DNA of 64,000 nt, taken from assembly GCA_031082145.1 (NCBI GenBank), contig JAVHLP010000001.1, positions 436,883 through 500,882 on the forward strand. The letters are read 5' to 3'. How positions within the stretch are numbered: the stretch's first letter is position 1; every line of letters begins with the position of its first letter. A program made the translations under genes and the position numbers. The notes below the pieces were generated by a model, which searched no databases, was not told the DNA's origin, and worked only from the letters and a program-made list of their open reading frames with translations. The DNA comes from a bacterium (GTDB taxonomy: Bacteria > Bacillota > Sulfobacillia > UBA995). This document shows, in pieces, positions 38,584 through 47,900 of the stretch.

Positions 38584-39527
38584 GGTCTCGGCCCGATCCG
38601 GGGATCGAGCTTGATGTACAGAAGGTCGACGGCGGAGTTCACGGTCACAATGGCCACCGCCACGAGTAGCACCGTCCCCTGGACCAGGGGCAGGTCCCGG
38701 CTGGAGATGGCGTGCAGGAGCAGCCGGCCCACTCCGGGCAGCGAGAATACCTGCTCCACCACAACGCTCCCGGCCAGCAGGGCCCCAAGCTGCAATCCCA
38801 GCATGGTAAGGGGCGGGATAAAGGCGTTGCGCAGAGCGTGCCCATACACCACCCGGCGCTCGGGGAGGCCCTTGGCCCAGGCGGTGCGCACGTAGTCCCG
38901 GGTGAGCACGTCTAGCAACGAACCGCGCACCAGGCGGGACATCACGGCCACGCGCGCGGCGGCCAGGGCGATGGCGGGCAGTACCAAGTGGCTGAGAGCC
39001 CGGCCCGCCCCCGCCTCCCAGCCCGGGAAGCCGCCCGCAGGAAGCACCGGCCAGAGCAGGGAGAAGACGATGATGAGGATCATGCCTAGCCAGAAGGCGG
39101 GTACTGCCAGCCCCAGTTGGGTCAAGGTGAGCACGGCCAGATCGACGCCTTGCCCCCGGCGGACCGCCGCCGTCACGCCCAGCAAGATCGATCCGGCAGT
39201 CGTGACCGCCATCGCCAGCAGCGCCAGGGGGATGGTGACAGGCAGGCGTTCTCGTACGAGATCCACGACCGGCCGCCGGTAGCTCAACGACCGGCCGAGA
39301 TCACCGCGGGCCACGCCCCCCAACCAGTGGAGGTAGCGGGCGGCCACCGGACGGTCAAGCCCCAACTCGGCCCGGAGTTGGGCCAGAGCCTCGGCGGTGG
39401 CCTCAGTGCCGAGGACGATCTGGGCAGGATCGCCGGGCAGGACCTGGAAGACCAGGAACACGATGGTTCCCACTACCAGCAGGGTGCCAGCCAGGCCGGC
39501 CGCCCGACGGGCCAGCCGGCCTGTCAC
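38580..39527 (-). CDS. Peptide/nickel ABC transporter permease (DppB-like)
   Basis: LPGDPA, GDLGRS, DYVRTA.AKGL, HALRNA, EQVFSLPGVG. Confidence 0.93.
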   Translation of the reverse strand: MTGRLARRAAGLAGTLLVVGTIVFLVFQVLPGDPAQIVLGTEATAEALAQLRAELGLDRPVAARYLHWLGGVARGDLGRSLSYRRPVVDLVRERLPVTIPLALLAMAVTTAGSILLGVTAAVRRGQGVDLAVLTLTQLGLAVPAFWLGMILIIVFSLLWPVLPAGGFPGWEAGAGRALSHLVLPAIALAAARVAVMSRLVRGSLLDVLTRDYVRTAWAKGLPERRVVYGHALRNAFIPPLTMLGLQLGALLAGSVVVEQVFSLPGVGRLLLHAISSRDLPLVQGTVLLVAVAIVTVNSAVDLLYIKLDPRIGPRP

Positions 39528-39536
39528 CGGCGAGCC

Positions 39537-41069
39537 CTACCTGGTCTTGTGGACGGTGCTGAGATCATAAACATCGATCGGGAAGAACCTCCATCCCCGC
39601 ACCGTCTCTGCCGCCCCCATCACGTGGTGGGGAGCCTGCAGCCACACCGCCACCGCATCGCCGGTCAGGGTCTTCTGAAGGAGAGAGTACAGCTGGTGGC
39701 GGCGGGCGAGGTCGGTGCAGGCGGCCGCCTCGGCTATCAGCTGGTCATAAACGGGGTTGTCGTAATTCATGTAATTCTCCCTGCTCTTGGACACGTACCG
39801 ATTGAGGAAGGGGTCGGGGTCAAGACGGCCGGTGTGGCCGATGACCGTCAGGTGGTACTGGCGTTGCTCGTAGATCTCCTTCAGCCAGCGCCCCCATTCC
39901 ACGACCTCCAGGCGAGCCCGGATGCCGCCGGCTCGTAGCTGATCGGCGATGATCTCGCCGGCCCGCCGGTGCAACTCGTAGGCGTCGGGCAGGTGAATGG
40001 TGACCTCGAACCCGTCCGGATAGCCGGCCTCCCCGAGAAGCTGACGAGCCCGGGCCGGATCGTGTTCATAGGCCCCGGTCAGATCCTCGTAGTAGGGGCT
40101 GACCGGGGGCATGTGACTGCCGATGACGGTTCCGTAACCCCAGACCGCCCCGTCCACCACCGCTTGACGGTCGACCAGGTGGCTGAGAGCCCGGCGCACA
40201 CGCAGGTCGTCGAAGGGAGGCCGGGCGTTGTTGATGGCCAGTAGCTGCACGGCGTTCATGGGGGCGGACAACACCTTGAGCCCGGGGGTGGACCGGACCT
40301 GATCCGCAGTCTCGGGCGGCAAGACGGTGATCACATCCACCTGCCCAGCCTGGAGGTGTCGGAGTTGCACCGCCCCGTCGGGGATGATCTGGAAGACGAC
40401 CTCATCCAGGTAAGGCAGCTCATCCACGCCGTACTCCTCGAACCGGGCCAGCTTGACGTGCTGCTGTGGTCGCCATTCCACAAAGCGGAAGGGCCCTGAC
40501 CCAACCGGTTGGTTGAAGAGGTCGGCGGCGTCCACGGGAACCACCGCCGCCCAGCCCATGGCGAGGTTGGACAGAAAGGCGGCCGAGTACTCAGCGAGGC
40601 GGATGACGAGGGTGTGCTCCCCGGCTATGACGAGTTCGCCGATCACCGCGTAGTCCTTGCGCCGGGGATGCCCCGTCGCCGGGTCCAACAGCCGTTCGAA
40701 GCTGGCCTTGACTGCCGCGGCGTCGGCGGCGCGACCGTCGTGGAACCTCGCGCCGGGGCGCAGGTAAAAGGTGTACGCCAGCCCGTCGGGAGACACCTCC
40801 CACTCAAGGGCCAGGGCCGATTCCAGTTCACCGTTGGGATCGACCTGCACCAGGGTCTCGTAGAGGTTGCGGGTGATCTGGAAGGTGGCCGCAGCGACCG
40901 CCTTGTGGGGATCCAATCCCGCCGGATCGGCGGGAACGGCCACCACCAGGGTGCCGCCCCGTACCGGAGAGGGATCGGCGTGCGGCAGGGCAGGCCCGGG
41001 CCGGCAGCCGGCCAGGAGACTCGCCAGCAAGGTGGCCGCCAGAATGGCGGCCGTCATCCGATAGGACAT
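39537..41069 (-). CDS. ABC substrate-binding lipoprotein, family 5 (DppA-like)
   Basis: LAG-C lipobox, GLDPH, LYETLV, FHDG, PVGSGPF, D.RVRRAL. Confidence 0.93.
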   Translation of the reverse strand: MSYRMTAAILAATLLASLLAGCRPGPALPHADPSPVRGGTLVVAVPADPAGLDPHKAVAAATFQITRNLYETLVQVDPNGELESALALEWEVSPDGLAYTFYLRPGARFHDGRAADAAAVKASFERLLDPATGHPRRKDYAVIGELVIAGEHTLVIRLAEYSAAFLSNLAMGWAAVVPVDAADLFNQPVGSGPFRFVEWRPQQHVKLARFEEYGVDELPYLDEVVFQIIPDGAVQLRHLQAGQVDVITVLPPETADQVRSTPGLKVLSAPMNAVQLLAINNARPPFDDLRVRRALSHLVDRQAVVDGAVWGYGTVIGSHMPPVSPYYEDLTGAYEHDPARARQLLGEAGYPDGFEVTIHLPDAYELHRRAGEIIADQLRAGGIRARLEVVEWGRWLKEIYEQRQYHLTVIGHTGRLDPDPFLNRYVSKSRENYMNYDNPVYDQLIAEAAACTDLARRHQLYSLLQKTLTGDAVAVWLQAPHHVMGAAETVRGWRFFPIDVYDLSTVHKTR

Positions 41070-41074
41070 CTCCC

Positions 41075-41240
41075 CATCCTCCTTGTGAGCACGGGAGTGA
41101 GGACGGGAGGCACTCCCCGGAGAAAACCCCCCTGCGCCAACAGGGAGGCGACCTCGAGGGCACACGCTGCCCGGGCGCCTGACTCCCCTTGGTCCCAGTC
41201 CTCACGGATCCAAGCCTGAGGTTACCTGCGCCGTGCTCTG
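41075..41240 (-). ncRNA. Structured 5' leader with intrinsic terminator; riboswitch-like, class not recognised
   Basis: Promoter TTGCTC-N18-(TG)TAGAAT at 41246-41275, hand-folded multi-stem leader, hairpin + UUUU at 41121-41148 before the RBS. Confidence 0.55.
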
Positions 41241-41294
41241 ACTAGATTCTACCACATCCCGGGATGCGGGAGCAACCGGCAGGCTCGAGCTTCG

Positions 41295-42668
41295 CTACCA
41301 AGCCACCCGCTCCACGCCGGCCGCCAGCAGCCCCGCAGCCACCTCTGCCTTGATGGCCTCCAGGATCCCTGCCGTCTCGCCTTCGCAGCGCACAACCAGG
41401 GCGGGCTGGGTGTTGGAGGCGCGGACCAGGCCCCAACCGCCGGGGAAGATAACCCGAGCGCCGTCCACCGCGATAACCTCCCGGGCGGCCGCGAAGTGGC
41501 CGGTGACCGCGTCCACCACCGCCCGCTTCCGATCGTCGGGGCAGTCAACCCGTATCTCCGGGGTGGCATGGTAGCGAGGGAGGTCGGCTACCAGTTCCGA
41601 GAGGGGCCGACCGGCGGCCGCCAGGAGCCTGAGCAGGCGGCCTGCGGCATACAGGGCATCGTCGAATCCGAAGTATTCGTCGGCGAAGAACATGTGGCCG
41701 GACATCTCGCCGGTGAAGACCGCGCCAAGTTCCTTCATCCGCGCCTTGATGAGGGAGTGACCGGTCCGGGTCCAGAGCGGCTCCCCGCCCAGCCGGCGGA
41801 CCTCATCCACAAGTGCTTGCGAGCACTTGACCTCGACAAGGACCGGGGTGCCGGGCCGGAAGGGCAGGATCTCCCGCCAGTACAGGCACATCAGAAGATC
41901 GCCCCAGACCACGTTGCCCTCATTGTCTACCACACCCAGCCGATCGCCGTCGCCGTCGAAGGCAATGCCGAGGTCGGCCCGGTGTCCGGACACCGCCTCG
42001 ATCAGGTCCCGGAGGTTGGCCGGTTGAGTCGGATCGGGGTGATGATGGGGGAAACGGGGATCGGACTCGCAGTACAGCGGAACCACGTCGCAGCCCCAAC
42101 TCTCCAGCACCGAGACCGCGAACAGGGCGGCGGTCCCGTTGCCGCAGTCACAGGCAACTTTGAGCCTCCGCCCCGGCAGGCGGATCCCGTCCTTGAGCAT
42201 GGCCAGGTAGCCGGGAACCGGATCCTGTCGCCGGACGCGGCCGGGAGCAACCGCCGGCAGTGACGCGCCGGCTCGGCGACGCAAGTCCTGGATCTGGTCG
42301 CCGTGCAGAGCCGCCCCCTCCAGGACTATCTTGAACCCGTTGAATTCGGGGGGGTTGTGGCTGGCCGTGACCATGACGGCCGCATCGGTCCGGTACTCTC
42401 GATCGGCGTAGTAGAGAATGGGGGTGATGACGGTACCGGTATCGACGACGTCGCAGCCCGCGCCGGTCAACCCTTCCGCCAGCACCCCGGCCAGGCCGGG
42501 AGAGGAGAAGCGGTTGTCCTGGCCTACGGCGACAGTGCGGCCGCCACGTTCGCGGACCAGAGAGCCGAGGGCCATGCCGAGGCGCTTCACACCGGCGGGC
42601 GGCAACTGGCCGGGCACGACACCCCTGATGTCGTACTCGCGGAACACGTCGGGATGGAGTCCGGTCAT
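41295..42668 (-). CDS. Phosphomannomutase/phosphoglucomutase
   Basis: FREYDIRG, TASHNP, DGDGDR, GEMSGH, RASNTQP. Confidence 0.95.
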   Translation of the reverse strand: MTGLHPDVFREYDIRGVVPGQLPPAGVKRLGMALGSLVRERGGRTVAVGQDNRFSSPGLAGVLAEGLTGAGCDVVDTGTVITPILYYADREYRTDAAVMVTASHNPPEFNGFKIVLEGAALHGDQIQDLRRRAGASLPAVAPGRVRRQDPVPGYLAMLKDGIRLPGRRLKVACDCGNGTAALFAVSVLESWGCDVVPLYCESDPRFPHHHPDPTQPANLRDLIEAVSGHRADLGIAFDGDGDRLGVVDNEGNVVWGDLLMCLYWREILPFRPGTPVLVEVKCSQALVDEVRRLGGEPLWTRTGHSLIKARMKELGAVFTGEMSGHMFFADEYFGFDDALYAAGRLLRLLAAAGRPLSELVADLPRYHATPEIRVDCPDDRKRAVVDAVTGHFAAAREVIAVDGARVIFPGGWGLVRASNTQPALVVRCEGETAGILEAIKAEVAAGLLAAGVERVAW

Positions 42669-42778
42669 ACCTGACTCGGTTCGAGACGGAGACGATGGAT
42701 CCTGCCTCAAGTTCGCCGGCCGAGCTACCGGTCTCGGTCCGGGCACGGCCACCTCAACGTCGCCATCGGGTCCGGGGG

Positions 42779-43714
42779 TCAGGCCGGCCCACTCGGGACC
42801 TCGAGAGTAACGGCGCCCGTCGGGCACACCCGCACGCACTGCCCGCACCCCAGGCACTTGTCGATGTCCAAAGCGATCCCCTCCCCGGTTAACTCGCGGG
42901 CGTCGAAGATGCAACGCTTGACGCAGACACCGCAACCGTTGCAGACATCGGCGTCGGTGACCGCCAGGTAACCGGCGGAGGCGATGGTGCGCGGCAGGCC
43001 ATACTGCTTCAGGCCTCGGACGAACACGCAGCAACACTCACAGCAATTGCAGATGACCCGCGCCGGCTGCCGCATGGCCGGGTTGTCCATGCAGTGCACC
43101 AGGCCATCGTCTGCCGCCCGGGCCAGCAAGTGCTGGGCCTGACGCTGGTCCAGGGATCGCCCGAGTCCTCGTTCCCGGTAGTAGGCAGTCGCGTCGCCCA
43201 AGCTCAGGCAGACGTTGCGCGGCCTCTCGCACTCACCCATGGCCACCCGGCACACGCAGTCGATGACCACCACCGACCCCGCGGCGGCCAACACCTCGGC
43301 GGCCACGGTATAGGGAACCACCACGTGGTGATCCAGGTGAGCCAGGGTCCCTTCGGCCGGCAGGACCCGGAAGGGCGCCGTCTGAACCTCCCGGAAGCGC
43401 CGGAGGTTCCGCTCCAGGAAGTGCCGGCGAAAGACCTCCCGTTCCGCTCCGGGCTGACGGGCGTAGCGGGCCGAAAGCAGGTACTGGTAGAGCACGTCCC
43501 GCCAGGAACTGAGGGCGTACCCGGCACCCTCCCGCTCAAGGTAGCCGGAGTGGTAGAGCTCTACCATGAGATGGGTCTCGGGAGCAGTCTCCGGCAGGTG
43601 GCCGGTCCCGGCGAGCGCCAGCACCCGTGCTTCGCCGGGGGTGAACATGCGCCGGAGGATCTCCGCGCTCGCGTTCTCGCCCAGCCGCCCTGCGAGGACG
43701 GCGTAGAAGTCCAC
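42779..43714 (-). CDS. 4Fe-4S binding protein
   Basis: CVCR, ICNCCECCC, two CxxCxxCxxxC ferredoxin motifs. Confidence 0.85.
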   Translation of the reverse strand: MDFYAVLAGRLGENASAEILRRMFTPGEARVLALAGTGHLPETAPETHLMVELYHSGYLEREGAGYALSSWRDVLYQYLLSARYARQPGAEREVFRRHFLERNLRRFREVQTAPFRVLPAEGTLAHLDHHVVVPYTVAAEVLAAAGSVVVIDCVCRVAMGECERPRNVCLSLGDATAYYRERGLGRSLDQRQAQHLLARAADDGLVHCMDNPAMRQPARVICNCCECCCVFVRGLKQYGLPRTIASAGYLAVTDADVCNGCGVCVKRCIFDARELTGEGIALDIDKCLGCGQCVRVCPTGAVTLEVPSGPA

Positions 43715-43902
43715 AGAACCCACCTCCAGCCCTCTCATACGGGGGAGGTGGCCGTTTGTCCTCCCCGGGTTTCAGGCTAGCCCTGCCACAGCCCCGTTCG
43801 CCTGCCGAACCAATCTCCTGGATCCCTCGTCTGCCGGCCGTCCTCACAGAAAACTATGGCCGGTTGTACCATCCCCGGGTCCGAGCCCGGTCCCGACCTG
43901 GC

Positions 43903-44262
43903 TCACGCTCCGAGCCGCTCCGCCTTGGACAAGTAAGCCTTCCTCAAGAGACGCATCTTGGCCGGCAGTTCAGGGGATTCCTTGCCGATGAAGTCATGAA
44001 GGTTAGAACAGGTCTCAAACCCGTCGCAGGCCGCGCAGTTCAAGACACCCTTCCCCTCGGCACAGACACGTACCTTGCAGGTGTAGCAGTAGGCGGCAAG
44101 GAAGCGCGGGTCGCTAGAGCCACACCCCAGGCAGACCCATTCTTCAGGTTCCCCGCCGCCCGAAAACCTCGCGGCGACCTGCTTAAGGAGCTCAATGTCC
44201 CCTCTCACCGTGGCCTTGCGGGCGCGACACTCCCCGCAATCAATACCGCAGTATCCGAGCAT
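43903..44262 (-). CDS. DUF3795-family Cys-rich protein
   Basis: YCGIDCGEC...CLGC...C..C.VR.CA...NCAAC..F.C. Confidence 0.85.
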   Translation of the reverse strand: MLGYCGIDCGECRARKATVRGDIELLKQVAARFSGGGEPEEWVCLGCGSSDPRFLAAYCYTCKVRVCAEGKGVLNCAACDGFETCSNLHDFIGKESPELPAKMRLLRKAYLSKAERLGA

Positions 44263-44325
44263 GATAGCCCCGCCTTTCACTGACGGCGAGCCCAGGTAAC
44301 GACTCCGCCGCCTTATGATGGTTAC

Positions 44326-44356
44326 AGTGTACCCCCCCCGCTTGACGCTATGTCAA
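44326..44356 (-). promoter_or_regulatory. Promoter TTGACA-N19-TACACT with TTGAC-N5-GTCAA dyad and G8 tract
   Basis: Read directly upstream of the DUF3795 gene. Confidence 0.55.
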
Positions 44357-44574
44357 TCCGATTCCAGGCAGTTTCCGGCGGTGACTGCCCAAGTCGAGAG
44401 GAAGCGGCTGTCGCGTCGTCTGCTCTCAGGCCTTCATAACCGCCTTCACCCTCGGCCGGGGGCGTTTGGGGTGAGCCCCATCATCGGCCTGGCCCCGGTG
44501 CTTGCGGGAGTGCTGGTAGCGGCGGCAGGCATCCGACAGGGGTTTCGTGACGTCGATGGCAAGCATTGTTCTTG

Positions 44575-44604
44575 TTGACGAAACGTCCAACTCCGGTCTA
44601 TCAT
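44575..44604 (+). promoter_or_regulatory. sigmaA promoter TTGACG-N18-TATCAT
   Basis: Upstream of a short uORF and the MFS pseudogene. Confidence 0.55.
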
Positions 44605-44786
44605 TGGATCAGGGTCTTCAGAGGAGGACAGGAAGATGATCCACACCGGCGGGGTCTGAGTCCTCCCGCCGTTGGGATCCTTCCCGACGTTGCATCAGAG
44701 AGAGAGCGCCCGGCCGGTATCGCCCGGCCGGGCGCCGGCTTTCCGGCCCAGGCCACCGGCGGGGACCACTCCCGGGGAGGTGTCCC

Positions 44787-45595
44787 GTGCGACGAGTGCT
44801 GGCCGGATGGCGTTCGCTAGCGCCTGATCTGCGCTTCTCTACTGGTCCATCTTGCTGAGCGGCCTGGCCCACAATGCCTGCCACGGGCTGCGGCCACCCT
44901 TCCTCCGGGGACAGGGGGTGCCGGTGGAACGGGTAGGCCTCTTCTTCGCCGCCGTGACGGCGACCGGGGAGGTGCGGCAAGTCAGCATCGCCTCCTCTCG
45001 GGAGCGAAGGCCGGGGTGTACTGCGGAACGGGATCCCGGAGGGTGATGGGGGCCGCCTTGCTCTGGTTTCTCATCGGCCTAGAGATGGGGTCTGCTCGAC
45101 CCGGTGAGCCGGTTGCTGGTGGTGGACGCCTTCAACGTCACCTGGCTGTCGGTCGGCCAGGTGGGCGTGTTCGCCTCGCTGGCCGCCATGGTCGCAACGC
45201 TAGGCGGGGAAATGCTGGCCGACCGTCGCCGGCGGGTGGCCATCGTCACCGCAAGCTTCCTGCTCGGCGCCGTCGCCTTCAGCGCCCTTCCCTGGGCGCC
45301 ACGGTTGGAGGTGGCGTATTCAGCTTACTTCCTCACTTTACCTGGTCGTAGCCTGCAACGGCCCGGCCCTGGACGCCATGACCCGGGAGGTAGTGCCGGG
45401 CGCCTCTCGTGGCCGTTTCCTCGGGCTTACCAGCACCCTGGTGATGCCGGGGATGACGCTGGGCTCGGCGCCCGCCGGGTGGCTGTACGCCCGGGCCCGG
45501 GGCTGCCCTTCACCCTGGCCGGTGCCCTGGAGTTAACCCTGGCGATCGTGGTGCTCACCACCCTGCGGGCGGGGGATGGCCGGCCCCGGAGATGA
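44787..45595 (+). pseudogene. Degraded MFS transporter
   Basis: Frame-switching MFS segments (LYWSILLSGLA...PFLRGQG...VGLFFA; GG.LADR..R; ALDAMTREVVPGASRGRFLG; GWLY...LPF) in about 800 nt. Confidence 0.7.
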
Positions 45596-46252
45596 GCCGG
45601 GACAGGCCTTCTCCGGGCCGATCTCGCCGCCGGTGCCGACGGTCACCACCCGGACCGGCACCGGGCGGGCGGACTCCCGGACCGCCTCGGCGACCAGGCG
45701 CGCCAGTCCGTGGCAGCAGGGCACTTCCATGTGGGCGATGACGAACCCCTGTGGCAGGGCTTCCCGGATCACCAGGGCTAGCCGGCCGACCATGTCCCGC
45801 GGATCATCCAGCTTGGGGCAGCCGACCAGCACCGGCCGGTCCCGCCGCAGCCCACGCTGGAAGTCGGAGCACACCACCGGCACACAGTCCGCGACCACCA
45901 GGATCTCCTTGCCGGCCAGGAAGGGCGCCCGGGGAGCGACCAGCCGCAGCTGCACCGGCCACTGCCCCCGTTCCCGCTCCCCCAGGCCGGGGCACACCGG
46001 GCAGGCCCTCGCGGCGGCGAGATGCTTCTCCACCGCCACCGGGTCAAAGCTCTCCGCCTCGCGCTCCTCCACGGTGATAGCCCCCCGGGGACACTCGCCC
46101 AGGCAAGCTCCCAGTCCATCGCAGAAGCTATCGCCGACTAGGCGGGCCTTCCCGCCCTCGACCCGCAGCGCGCCTTCTGCGCAGGCGGGGACACAAAGAC
46201 CGCAACCGTCGCAAAGATCCTCGTTGATTCTCACTACCAGGCGTCTTGTCAT
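45533..46252 (-). CDS. 4Fe-4S ferredoxin-domain protein
   Basis: CDGCGLCVPACAEGA, CDGLGACLGECP, QWPVQL.LV, ADC, GCPKLD, MEVPCC. Confidence 0.88.
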   Translation of the reverse strand: MTRRLVVRINEDLCDGCGLCVPACAEGALRVEGGKARLVGDSFCDGLGACLGECPRGAITVEEREAESFDPVAVEKHLAAARACPVCPGLGERERGQWPVQLRLVAPRAPFLAGKEILVVADCVPVVCSDFQRGLRRDRPVLVGCPKLDDPRDMVGRLALVIREALPQGFVIAHMEVPCCHGLARLVAEAVRESARPVPVRVVTVGTGGEIGPEKACPGSSPGPAIPRPQGGEHHDRQG

Positions 46253-46298
46253 GCTCGGCCTCCTTCCTAGTCCATTGTAGCGCATCACCGGCCCGTTT

Positions 46299-46514
46299 TC
46301 ATGAGCCAACTGCTGTCAGTGCGGACCAGGGCGGCAACGGGCACGGGAGCGATACCCAGGCCAGCCAGCCGCCGGCGGCCAGGGGTCCGGTGGCGAGGAA
46401 CCCCCGCACCGCCGGCACGAGCACCGCTCCCGCCTGCAACAGCCTGGAGCAGGCCCGGGGCCCCAACCGTTCCCGCGCCAGGGCGGGATCCAGACTGCGG
46501 CCACCGTCTTCCAC
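46299..46514 (-). pseudogene. Internally deleted P-type cation ATPase remnant
   Basis: 71 aa joining an N-terminal-like SLDPALARERLGP to a C-terminal-like LLQ...VPAVRGFLATGPL...W; directly behind a yybP-ykoY riboswitch. Confidence 0.55.
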
Positions 46515-46567
46515 CTGAGGCCCCTCCCGCTCGCGGGGACAAGAAAGCCCCCGCGCGGCACTCTCCC

Positions 46568-46667
46568 GCGGAGGTCTCGCCGGGCCGGGGCCCCCCGGCC
46601 GCGGGCCTGCCCTGGCGGCAGGCCGGGCTGACGCGGTAACTGGGTGCAGGGCCTACTCCCGTCCTGC
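46568..46667 (-). ncRNA. yybP-ykoY (Mn2+) riboswitch
   Basis: GGGAGUAG at the 5' end, CGUCA internal, GGCGAGACC at the 3' end with closing stem; extended -10 TGcTATGCT upstream; GC hairpin + CUUUCUU downstream. Confidence 0.8.
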
Positions 46668-47051
46668 GACCAGCATAGCACGGGGAGGCGGCGGCAAGCC
46701 CCTTGCAGAACTGGCAAGCCCGGCCGTGGCGCTTCTAACCTTGCAGCCCTCTGACCTCCCCCATCCGGTGGGGTAGGCACAGGGCCAGGAGCCGCCTGAG
46801 GGCGTGGCCGGCCTCAGCCCCGCGACGGGCGGAACTGGCAAGCCCTCCGGTAGGCCACCCCGGCCGGGCCAGCGGCGACGGTCCCCTGGCCGTGGCGTCA
46901 GGCTGGACAGGAAGAGACGCCCGGCCCTTTGATGGCAGTTGTGCCTTGCCCTTCCGTCCACTACAATTGAGGTAAGCTGTGCGCCCGGACGGGAGGAGGA
47001 GTCGGTTGTCCCATCGCGAGGGCACGGGTACCCCCGCAGGCGGACCGGCCG

Positions 47052-47779
47052 TGATGGTTCTGGCCCACAACGACGACGAAGTTTTCATCAACGCGCGTAT
47101 CCGGGCCTTGATCCGGTCAGGCGGGGAAGTGCAGGCCGTCTGGCTAACGGCAGGCCTACTGGCCCCCTCGCCCGATACCCGCCGCGAGGAGTCCCGGGCG
47201 GCTATGGCATACCTGGGAGTACCCGCGGAGAAGCTGTCGTTCTGGGACTACCCCGACCTCCGCACCCTCGGCCACCTGGAGGAGATCGTGAGCCGTCTGG
47301 CGTCCTACCTCAGCACGGCCGTTCCGGCGGAGATCTACGTCCCCTCCTTCGAGGGAGGGCACCCCGACCATGACGTGGCCAACTTCGCCGTCAGCCAGGC
47401 GGTCTGCCGGAGCACGCTGGCGGCTCAAGTCTATGAGTTTCCGGTCACCAACGCTTGCCGGGGCCGCGTGCCAGTGCTGGGCGGATTCGTACCGGACTCC
47501 GTTCCCGTGCTCCGCACTCCCCGCCGCCCCGAAGACCGGCGGGTCTGGCTGCGGCTGTGGCAGTTGCACCGCTCCCAGTACCGGTACCTGAGGATCCCCC
47601 TGGCCCTCTGCCTTGACCGCAGCCGCTGGCGCGAAGGCGAGCCCTACCGTCCCTTGCCCCGCCACAACTACCTGGAACGGCCTCACGGAGGCCGGTTGGG
47701 GTACGAGAGGCTGCTCGGCTTCCATTTCGGCCGCTTTCGGTCTGCGGTTCGCGAATACCTGGAGGCCCACGGCGCCTGA
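47052..47779 (+). CDS. PIG-L/LmbE family deacetylase
   Basis: AHNDDE, RREE...A...LG, YPD, GGHPDH, HRSQ; start may be as far upstream as 46979. Confidence 0.85.
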
Positions 47780-47900
47780 TCGCCATTTTCTGGAGACAGC
47801 GCGTTACCAGCAAGATCTCCTCCTGGCAGGGTTTTTCCAGGGGAGGTCAAGCGCCTGCCGGTGGCGAATGGGAAGAATAGGTCCGGAGAGGAGGACGGGG

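Noticed and set aside
46692-46845. sigma54-like GGCAAGCCCCTTGCA and a 14-bp direct repeat GAACTGGCAAGCCC (46708, 46832)
   Set aside because: Only two full copies, so not a CRISPR array. The site overlaps the opposite-strand riboswitch promoter region, and a sigmaA-like element (46939-46967) lies nearer the LmbE gene.
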